Below, in pieces: positions 39,793 through 50,549 of a stretch of 64,000 nucleotides of DNA (its first letter is position 1; every line of letters starts with the position of its first letter). Source of the stretch: Ylistrum balloti (lineage: Eukaryota). The DNA lies in the NCBI RefSeq assembly GCF_031769215.1, contig NW_026782019.1:558001-622000 (forward strand), in the 5' to 3' direction. The notes beneath the pieces were generated by a model that was not told the origin of the DNA, did not search any database, and saw only the letters and a program-made list of their open reading frames with translations. The position numbers were made by a program, and so were the translations under genes.

Positions 39793-41339
39793 AAGTGCCT
39801 ACATCTATGACAAAACGTTTTGTAGCATGTTTTACAAAACTTGTTCCTTCAAAACGTATCTAAATTGCAACCGAAACTTTTATTGCTACCATCTTATAGA
39901 TTTTTGTGCTTCTGCATTCCATGCCAGATGTATCTCTTTCAATTGTGCACACATTATCAATACTTAACTGCGTGTTAATTATCCATTTCAGAGTAGTGAT
40001 AATATGATCGTGATATTAGAACCTAATTTACCTTTCAGTATTGCATAATTGATTTACGTAGGTAATTTTTCTCTACACTGGGTCTTTACAATCTTTCAGC
40101 TGTCATCGATTTTGAAGGGGATGAGACATGGTTGATAGTTTTCCTACAGAAAAACATTAATTGAAAATTCAAATCTATTTTAAAAGACCGGAAAAGTCTA
40201 AGTTCATTGCTTAAATTTTATCTTGTGTGTCTTTGATATGTGCGCAACTCGTGTTTTACCTTTGTGCATTATAAACACAAATGACGTAATTCGCTTTGAA
40301 ATAGTCAGTTAATAGTTACAGGTTTATATTAACACTCTGCGCTAATTCGAATTAAAACTGATGGATTTGTGGGCATAACGTGTCTCGACATGCTTTAAGG
40401 ATAATTGACAGATGTTTGATATTTTATAGATTGCTTCTATAACAATTAATAGACGACTTAATGAAAACGTAAGCATTTATATGAATCGTGCTTAGCATGG
40501 AAAAATAAACAAATCAATCACATTTCAAATTATTAATAATGATCAATAAAAATATAATAAAGTTTTTATTAATAAGCTCATTTGAGAGTAAAAAAGAACA
40601 ATAAGGACATTAAAACGTTAATTTACTTCAAACAAACAGAACAGAATTTTTTTCTATAAATATAAACGTTTTCCAGCAAGATTAATCCTAATACAAGATT
40701 ACAGGATATAATTAATACACTAAATTCTGTTGGCTTATCACGACCCTAGGATCACCATCAATGCTACAAATGTCAATACGGTCTTACCATTTTTCATGAA
40801 TTTAAACCGAAAATATAATTGCTACGGATTTTAGTGTGGGCACAAAATGACGTACCCAATATCTCCTATATATATTCAATATATTCCTGAATCTATGCAC
40901 GAAACGAATTCTCAGCCACACGAACATAGAAGTAGATACTTTGTACTGTTCATTATCACTTCCTGGGAAAGATATACCTGTCAATATGCTGTTTAATCGT
41001 TCATCATCCTTTGTGCTAGAATTGTCAGTAAAATGTCAGGTTTTGATGCCATTTGTAATAGTTGTTCATTATTGGCACGCTAAATCACCAAAGACTTCAG
41101 TGTCCCTGCTGATGATGTCAGAACATTATTAAAGTTAAAGAGATTCATATACCCTTCTGGCATCCGGTTGCGTAGATTGCCTTCCGATTTCGCTTGGATT
41201 GTCAACATCGTAAGCATGTTTCATACATGTCCATAAATATTATGGATTCGTTGATTGCATCAAACGATAGATATTGCATAAATACCTAAAAGTGAGAATA
41301 CCAACATGTCAAAATAATCATATTCCAAACTGATACTGA

Positions 41340-42050
41340 ATAAAACTAGGGCAAACATATGAACAAAATAAAGATTTACACGGACACTCCTGAAAAAGAA
41401 TTAGGATGAGATCATCGACGACATCCGCCATGTAGATCGCTGTCAATCCGAGCAAATAATGTCATGTTTTCAAATGAGAACAAGGTATATAAGGAACCAA
41501 CAGGCACATTAACAAGTATCAACCACGTATAGCTTCGTATCGCACAAAATGACGACCGTAATTTTCATCACACTGCATTTTTTGAATCTTGTATTACGAG
41601 CTTGTTTGTTAGTTGAAGACAGGTCCTTGAATATCTAATCACCAGCGATCATAAGTTTGGGACGAAGGAGTGTTGCTATCTAGAAATGTTGACTTCATTG
41701 TATGAAAGAAGGAGATAATCGGTTGATGTAGAAGAGTCTTTGGTGTCCTTGATTTCCAATTCTAATGGGTGTATACGAAGGACGTAGTCAATAAATTGCT
41801 TGTTATTTACAGTCGTCATCACGATATCTGAAAGTACAATCAACAGTCTTTGCAAGGCATTTCTGATTTACTTTGGTAAGTTCTTCAATAGATTGGGCCT
41901 CTTATGAAAAACAATTATGTAACTGAGGTTGTGTCATCATGAAAGGATGAATTACTTTATTTGGAATACCTAGACATACTAGCCCAAAAGCAGGAGGAGT
42001 AATCCCCTTTTCGAGCAACATTTTAACAAATTCGGATGAAATTTGGTTGA
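41340..42050 (-). mobile_element. Decayed Penelope-like retroelement with RT core
   Basis: Minus strand gives GIP...S*EAQSIEELTKVNQKCLAKTVDCTFRYRDD...NNKQFIDYVLRIHPLELEIKDTKDSSTSTDYL...ENYGRH. This matches 'YEAEFIQ.L...FRYIDD...IYP.ELEIKDTT' and is followed by the shared 3' region. Multiple stops and frameshifts. Confidence 0.85.
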
Positions 42051-43449
42051 CATTTAAAAAAAAAAGACCAGGTGACTGATGCAGCCAATTCAACATGCAG
42101 GTTTTTGAATCTACGAAACCCCGGAGACTATATTTCAACATTTATATACATTTTAACAAGCTTTATTGCGCAATATGTTCTAAGTAGACTAGTAGATTAG
42201 ATTTACTGAACCAAATTGATCCGACCTCCAATGTACACTAGTCGGGCTTGGGATATTGTTAATTTCCCCTTTTCCTGCCCAAATTAAAGTAGAAAAATGC
42301 TTTCTGTTTCTCTGTAAATACGAATCATTGTGGAAAACAATGTTGTTATAATAAGTTTGACGATAAGCTATATACATTGTATAATATATTTGTCATTGAT
42401 ACGAGTTGCTTCCCTTCATTTGTCTTTGCTGTTGAAGAAGATGTGTTATTTGCACACTTTGCCCCAATAGGGTACTATGGCATCTAAACAGTCAAAACTA
42501 CTTTTATATGAAAATTACGAAATCAATTGAATTATCGGGTTAATGTATCTCTTCGAGATAGCAGATGGTAGACACTGCTAGTGGACTTTCAGTCCCCGAG
42601 GTCTACCGTAACCTGTATGCTACGTCCAGAATGAACACACGTACTTAGTGTTCTGTGACATTATCAATTATATCAATTCATTGAATTATGGATTAGTGCA
42701 CCTCCTCTGCTACATTTTGACATTTCTTTCGAGATATTCAAATTAAGGTCCTTAGCATTACTTATTAATATCAAAAACAACTGTATTTGGCTCTACTACA
42801 TCTTATTCTGAAATAGTAATTTTTTGTAACCTATCATCAGATAAAAACGAATTTCTATTCTGTTATATTTTTTTATATAGTTTTGATAATTAATTTGTAG
42901 TAATTTGAAAATCTCTGGGTTCATGATTAACTCTTTCACATATTTTCTGACCAACTGTTTTATTGTCAAATAACGGCATAATTTTCGCAATAGCCTTGCC
43001 ATTGTGTAGTGTGTACTGATTCATATAGATCACATTTATGTGTGTCCTTGAACTATGTTATGACGATGATCTACTTCAAAAGATTGTGCAAAGACACAGA
43101 AATGAATAGTACTTTTTCATCATTTTAGAGCAAGATAGAGATAGTGAAGAGCCAAACAATGAATTAAACCGCATCAGCTGTTTTGTCCTTCTAGTGATGC
43201 TAAGGGCCTAAAATTTGAAACTAAGGAGGAGACTAAGGGAAATCCAAAGTGATAAGAAAAAGCTAAGATTTGGACGAGGAGATGCAGCAGCATTTTTGTG
43301 AAAAGTATTTGAAATTATCCTTAAAATGACACTCCGGTTGTGGTTTTATTTCTTTAGTAATGAAAAATCACTTCTGGCCTTTCCCACTGGCACAGATTTC
43401 GTGTATTGTAAATGCTCGAAAATCAAACATATAGAATCCAGGAACCTAC

Positions 43450-43900
43450 ACCTCTCGAAACACTGCATTGTAAGTTTGAATTTATTACAAAGGGATAACC
43501 CTTGAATTATCGGTGATGTTTAAACACCATAGGTCGGGAAATTAAGGATGGTACCAAATTTATATCATAAAATCGAAAGCATTATGTTAATCGTAGTTTA
43601 TTGGACGTTTTTTCTTAGGTGAGTTATAGGTAGGGAATGCAGAAGTATGTGTCCTTGACTTCCATTTCTGGTAGCTATTAATTATTTGCAGTGTGATAAT
43701 GTCTATTTTTCCTCATTCTCTTTAAAGAAGTTGGCCTTATCTTTCCAGGTGTGCTTGTAATCGGATAACACAAAGACTAGATACAGCGTATCCTGGCAAC
43801 GTTTGTCTATGTTTTAAGTACTTTGTGGGAGTCTTGATAAAATCTCGAAGGAAATTAATGACTTATTTAAGGGTGAAGGTAAGGAATATGACTTGTCGTC
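43450..43900 (-). mobile_element. Highly decayed Penelope-like RT fragment
   Basis: Minus-strand segments PEMEVKDT..YL, YD*HNAFDF and PTYGV occur in the expected order. Confidence 0.5.
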
Positions 43901-45738
43901 GATGAGGATATAAATCAAATCAGTTATAGATTGTGAATGGAAAAACAAAATGACTTGACCAGAAGAAACTGTGATGAATTTAGAATTGGGAGCATAAGGA
44001 AATAATCATGATGTATGTTGTAGAAAAGTATCATCTACACAATATCTGAAACTGTTATTTGTTCAATAGAAGCAATAGCAGTAAGCAGAAAACAGAGCGA
44101 TTCATCCCCAAAATGTAACATTTAAAAAATCCTACAATGGAAAGCAAAAACAACATAAAAATACTCTATAACTGATTTAATGTTTGCTTGTGGCGTATTT
44201 AGTCATGGGTATCTTATTTAAAATAAGATTTAGTGATAGTTTAACTTAACATAAAAAGTTTAAGAGCACAAATACAACATCAAGACCAAAGATCGAAATT
44301 TTTTCAGATCATTTCCTTACCCCAGACAGATATATCCACGTTTTTGCCCGTGTGATATTTATAGGAATCTGTGATCGCCTAGGAGCTGAAATAGGTTGAT
44401 CTTAACCCGAAGGGAAAGATGACTATGTTAGCAAAGTCGAGATTTGACAAGTGTTTAGAATTTTGCTTCCTGTTGGTTGAGATCACCCTTTCTCTGCAAC
44501 AAGCGGATGAATAATTTTTATCTTACCCTTCTGGCTTCATGAGATACTCGTATCTGTCCATGCTAAGAGAATTCCTTGTCTCATCCTGATGTTGAAACCT
44601 GAGAATTCCGTATTAGGATTATGATATGATGCCACAGTAATAATTCACTGGTGCCAACAATGCAATCAACCATTCGTATGTGTGACATCACGTCAGTGAT
44701 AAGAAACACAAAGACAACAAAATCACATATCAAATAAGGTCAGTAGGGTTAAGAGAACAAATAATCATTCACCTCATTCTTGATGTGCAAGCCTCATGTT
44801 CACTAATTTAACCATCTTTCTCAACAGGAAGATATCACTATCTCATCTCAAAGGGGAAAACTATTCTATTATTCTTTGACATCCTATGGAAGTGTTTTTC
44901 GTCAAAATGAATCAATTAATGATACAAAGTATTTATATTTGTGCACATCAAGACTGTACTTTGATCAGGTAGTCTAGTACGACATTTGAAATCGGGTTCT
45001 GTTTCTAATGAAATATCAAATAACAAAAAGATGAATGACAATTTGAATTCTCAAACGTTTTTCTGCAAAACGTGTTTCGAAAACGGAGACTACTAATGCC
45101 GACATGCAATTCCCCAACAACCTTTCCATTCAGTATAAGGGAAGCAACTGGTGTAGCTACAGAGTCATAGGCCTTGTCTTAACATTTTTATATGAGCTTT
45201 TTCAGACTATTGATCAGGGTTTGGAGTATGAGTTGATATGGTGTTATTTTGATCGGCATATTCAATATCCCGCAAAAACTGATACTACTTTGTAAAGTGA
45301 ATATCGTAAGATTTCTGAATAAGTTAAAATGAGCCGGAGGTGCTGACTGAAATCGTTTTAGCAAGAATAACAAAACCTTGAATGTATTGACAATTTTTAT
45401 AACTGATACAATATGTAATTTCACACATTACATTAAATATCATAACAGTGAAACTCGATGATAAAGAATCCTTTGAACTATATACATATCAACAGAAATG
45501 CAACTTGGGACCGAACTATGTGTAATCAAATAATTATAACGGTGTTCTCTGTAAACGTAATTATCTAATATTTAACTTAAACAAGATTGGTTTTACGATT
45601 TCTGTTATAATCGATTTTTCCCCTGATGAACTTCCTACATATTGTATGGATATATACACTTTATAACATCAAGCTACAGGCTCGACTAAACGCCATCAGC
45701 CTAAAATAGTGAATTGTAATTTACAAACTCTCTCTCAG

Positions 45739-45824
45739 ATGGACGACGACGACGAAGACGACGACGTCTACGACGACGACGAGGATTGTGATGATGAGGA
45801 TTATGATGCTTTACGCATACGCAA
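45739..45824 (+). repeat. (GAC/GAT)n trinucleotide tract bounded by splice-like signals
   Basis: Read directly; see the related finding. Confidence 0.7.
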
Positions 45825-46949
45825 GTAAGTCAAGTAATATTCGTTAAACATTCCACAGACTTGGTCAAAGTACTTTTACGATCCAGAGAAGATTTAAATG
45901 ATTAAAATTTATGAAGTTTATACTGATCTTGTTAAATTCATTATGTTAGAGCAAATATAGCACATAAGCATTATACTAAGTATCTAATTTCTTTCTTTTT
46001 GGTGTATACTAATGCCTAAACTGCACATTTTTACAAGTATTTTGCGTTAGCACGTTACATTGAAATATCTATAAAAGCAGTTTTCATACTAGTAAACAAC
46101 AAAAAGGGAAAACAAATTATTATATATACATATCGACATTTTTTTTCTTTTCAGCGTTTATTTAAAAATAACAATCGTCATTCATTTGATGTTATACTCT
46201 ATGACGGAACAGACAACTGAAGGAAAAGCAAAATAGCAGATTTTTTTTGGCGGGAAAGGTGATCAGACTTGACTTTACCGAAGTGTAAATATCAAATACA
46301 TTGGTAAGGTGAAATATAGAATACGTGTCGGAAATACGAATTTAATTCAATCACAGGAATAATTATCATACAAATCTACATATGTACAGTATATATATGT
46401 AAAGGTCATTCCATTTTGATAAAACTGTAAGGAAACTCAGTATTAAAAAAATCACATTCGTTGGTAAGTGACAGAAAACTATCAAATTATGATCTCTTCG
46501 CGAGTACATAATAATAAGGTACTAATTTGTAAAATGAAGATTATTTAGAAATAATATGATATATAACCTTAACCCTGAAAAATAAAGGTTGATTTAAGTT
46601 TGTTTCGATATTTCATTTTACAGCATTGCGAGAGACTGCTAGGACATTTTTCATCGTTATTGCCCTGTGTTTGGTCATCGTTGAAATGAAAACAAAATAA
46701 TGTAAGTTCAAAAATACTTTTAAAGTATATTGGTGTATAAAAGAGCACAGACTCGTGCAGCGTTACATAAGCAAATATACCAAGAAAACACCAACATATC
46801 GACTTAGTCTACATCCAAACTCAAACTTTTTTTTTTTTTTTTAAGTTTAAAAAAATATTTATTCCCTCAGCAATTAATTTGGAGGAGGCTGCCAGGGTTG
46901 CCAAACTCAAACTCAATAAATCTAGAGCGGAATACAAATGCGATTAACA

Positions 46950-47040
46950 CTAAGACTCCTGAAAATGTAGAAGGAGATAAGACCACATGATCCAGGAGAG
47001 TGAGCGTCTTCTGCCTAATCTGTAACACCTGCCATCCCAT
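46950..47040 (-). mobile_element. Penelope-like element 3' region fragment
   Basis: GGAGATAAGACCACATGATCCAGGAGAGTGAGCGTCTTCTGCC is the dispersed motif. Confidence 0.5.
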
Positions 47041-47571
47041 CTCATGCATTATCATATGAGAAAAAAAAGTATACAACAACGGAACCAATAGGTAAGCTCG
47101 GGTAAGCAGCAGAAGAATAAAACCAAACTTGCAGATTTCGTTATCTATTTTACATAATATCAAACTCGGCCTGGATTTGACCTTAAACAGCGACAATTGC
47201 TCGATATGAACCTCGTGTAAATTGCGCAGTCTCGATAATTTCACTAGACATTATTTCAGTTTATTTAAGACCATATATATACATATAGAATCTTAATTTC
47301 CCTTCCATATGTTGATGTTTTCATTGCTAAACTTCAGAACTTAATTCATTGGTGTGTATATAACCAAATATTGAAGTACAAAACGTGTGACAGATTGATT
47401 CGCTATGCACGAATTAGATCATTGATCATTTCCAAGATTTTCTGCATAATGAGCTTCTAATTGAACTAGCAAGGAGGGCAATTAATTAACATTGATTCAT
47501 AGTAATATAACACAAACCAAATTAGCTATACTTACTAAAGCATTCAACTTTTTGTTGACTGCAGAGATGGC

Positions 47572-48699
47572 CTATTTTTTACAAAGCAATGCCATGCGAA
47601 ATTCTTTTATAAGCCATACATAAAGGATGGGGTTTATGACTGGATGTAGCAGTGGCAAAATTGATAAAATACCCTCTGCTGCACGTGCCTCAGAAACACC
47701 AATAAGTATTAATATTCGAACAACGGAGAGAGGAACAAAGGAGACAAACAAACATAACTGGACCAATGTCACAGTTTTCAGTGCATCACTGAGTTTGCGA
47801 ATATTACATGTTTCTTTTCTGAGAATTTTTGTTTCCCTAGCTGAAGGTATTCCATCAGCTGATGATCTTGTGGTTGTGGTCACTCTGACCGAGAAAACCC
47901 TTACAGGGGGCACAACGCGTGTTCTGTTAAGGTGATTCTCGTAACTATGGTAACCAGCAGATGTGTTTTCATGAGAGCACGATTCTTCGCGAAACTTTGT
48001 GTTTACTGTAGTTGTTGTTAGACCTTCTCCATTGACGTTTTCATTGTCATCCGAGCCTCGCATTACAGATTCGTTGTTTGTGAAACTTACTTGCTTCATT
48101 CGTTTTTGCAACCGATATGCAGCGACGGCGTATAAAACGAGTGTAAGAAACACTAGCGGAATGAAAAGCACCTGTGTACCCAAACTTAATCCGAAATAGT
48201 TCGCATTGTTATACATAAAAGCGACAACACAACCAATGAATGAACCTGTTATTGGAAAAGAAATTACAAGACCCACAGAGTATATTGAAAGGATAAGCCA
48301 AGCTGATAATAAGACTGCATACTTTTTGAGACCTTGAAATGCCCGGATATACGTAGATGACGCGCTGATAGCAAGAACTCTTTCAAGTGAAATAATAAAT
48401 GCTTGAAGTAAAGACGTTCCGAAGCAAACAACACTTGCTGTGTACGTGAATAAGCAAAATCCTTTGCTATACATTTTCAAATTGAATCGAGCGCTGATGA
48501 TGAGGATTACGATGAAAGAGGACAAAAAGTCACTGCAGCTGAGACTTAGTGTAAAGATAACATGGGGTCGTTGCCGGAGAAGCGGTCTGGTAAAAAGAAG
48601 GACTACAACCACACCATTCTCTATCAACCCAATCGTTGACAACATTAATACGACGTACGTCCCGATACCAATGGCTGATCCTGTCCTTGACGTGACATT
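47572..48699 (-). CDS. Orphan class A (rhodopsin-like) GPCR 1, main coding exon. Predicted CDS join(54943..54920,48699..47572) = 383 aa
   Basis: Seven hydrophobic segments with TM1 GLIEN, TM2 LSCSDFL, TM3 ISLERVLAI, Cys residues at the top of TM3 and in ECL2, and TM7 HPVINPILYVW. Acceptor tttttttcag|AAT at 48700, phase 0. The ORF-track start MIFIGIFVFFQ is intronic polypyrimidine sequence. Confidence 0.9.
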   Translation of the reverse strand, partial: NVTSRTGSAIGIGTYVVLMLSTIGLIENGVVVVLLFTRPLLRQRPHVIFTLSLSCSDFLSSFIVILIISARFNLKMYSKGFCLFTYTASVVCFGTSLLQAFIISLERVLAISASSTYIRAFQGLKKYAVLLSAWLILSIYSVGLVISFPITGSFIGCVVAFMYNNANYFGLSLGTQVLFIPLVFLTLVLYAVAAYRLQKRMKQVSFTNNESVMRGSDDNENVNGEGLTTTTVNTKFREESCSHENTSAGYHSYENHLNRTRVVPPVRVFSVRVTTTTRSSADGIPSARETKILRKETCNIRKLSDALKTVTLVQLCLFVSFVPLSVVRILILIGVSEARAAEGILSILPLLHPVINPILYVWLIKEFRMALLCKK

Positions 48700-49866
48700 C
48701 TGAAAAAAGACAAAAATGCCGATAAATATCAAGTGAACTTAATATAATGTAAAAAAATAAATATTGACTGAAAACGATATGCAAGATCTGAAAAGGATGG
48801 CGAGAAGTATCAAGAATTGCAGGAGTTGCAAGATATTTTTGATCAAATGAAAACAAAATACAACAGTTACAGACAAGAAAACATTAATGAGAGAAATCCG
48901 TGGGCGATTCTGATTGACTTGCCAGTACTTCTTACTGACTCCAGTCGGTCAAAGAACAGAGAGGAAAGTGAACATTTGATTTTGTCATGGATTGCTGGTA
49001 AAGGGCTAACAAACAAACCTGGAGAAAAAAGTGTACCTTGTATGTCACCTTTCGTAAAATGTTAACAAAGGAGACAGACAATTATGTAATGAAAGCTTGC
49101 CATGACCAAGAATATCAAATAATGTCGAATGAAATAGAAAGATACAATAAAAATCAAAACTCTTTGACAGTAATGTTTAAACTTCTAGGATAATAAGACT
49201 CATATAAGTTAATAGACCAAATCCTATGATATGAATATAAGGCAATGTTGTCTAATACACTCCAATGAAGGAAGATTACATAGATATAGATAGAAAGTTT
49301 TGGTTTGTAACACTAAAAACGGTATTTGTACGAAGGTAATAGTTCGTGTTCTAAGTTTAACGTTGGAAGTTGAACAATCAAGAATATTGCTAGACCAGAC
49401 AGACTGAAATTCATTCCACTCTCAAACGTCCATGCTATACTTTGTAACGAGTCAGGTATCTATAAAAATTTGTATTTTCGTTGTCGAGGTATATTTAAAT
49501 TTCTCGAATTTGACTAATGTAAAACAGTTGTGTAATCTCTGTATATACATAAGATTTGCTTTCAAGAAGCTTAAGACGGTATTATCAGCTGGCTCTGGTG
49601 TGCTAATGCGAATATACATGTGTGTTTTTGTTCAATTTTCACAGATCTGTACAATGACATATCTCTGCTTATCTTGTCAATAGGCAATGTAGTTTCTGTC
49701 ATACAGGAAACAGAAATTGAATTGTCATTGACATACAAAACTTCATTTCCTAACATCAAGTGAAGTTTGACAAGACGATGAGCAGACCACCATGACCAGA
49801 CCAGAACTTCTTTACAGTGTTCAAAACATCAAATGGACAGACAAAATGAAGAAACATCCGTTAAAC

Positions 49867-50022
49867 TACGGAGCCCGTTAACTGACATGCTCCATGCTAA
49901 TTTTATTTCGTTTTTCGAAATATTATTTCGTTTAAACGAAATATTAATTCGAAAAACCGAAATAATATTTCGAAAAAACGAAATAAAATAAGTATGGATC
50001 ATGTCAGTTAACGGGCTCCGTA
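49867..50022. mobile_element. MITE-like element with long terminal inverted repeats, TA-bounded
   Basis: TACGGAGCCCGTTAACTGACATG...CATGTCAGTTAACGGGCTCCGTA, with internal CGAAATA(A/T)TATTTCG modules. Arms of ~60 nt pair with few mismatches. Confidence 0.85.
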
Positions 50023-50331
50023 ATAAACAAATATTTGGAGAAAACAAACATAACAAAATTAAGAGAAAGACAGATGGGAAATTAACCCAGATAGGATTCG
50101 AAATCAAAACGTCATTTACTATGCATTCGCACAAAGGGATAGAACATAAATTACAGTTACTAAATACATGGTGTAGAAGTATTCACTCTTTCTCCGTAAG
50201 TCATTCAAACGAGCATACATGACAAAGTGATCGTTGAATAATTACAATTGAATAAGATGTGTATAATAATTTTAATGATTGTAAATAAGAAAGGTTATAC
50301 TGAAGGTAATACAAGCAGGTCATTGGGGAAT

Positions 50332-50549
50332 ACGTGTTATTTTGGGTATCATTAATACATGCATTAATATCTTGAAATAGAGATTTGTTTTTTCCAAATT
50401 CTTACGATCAAACACGGGAAACAATCAATATAATATTTTAAAAATAGTATATTGATTGTTTCTCGTGTTTGATCGTAAGAATTTGGAAAAAACAAATTTT
50501 TATTTTCAAGATATTAATGCATGCATTAATGATACCCAAAATAACACGT
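50332..50549. repeat. Near-perfect 218-bp palindrome (foldback / MITE-like)
   Basis: Arms of ~108 nt centred on 50440, with only a handful of mismatches or 1-nt indels. Confidence 0.92.
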
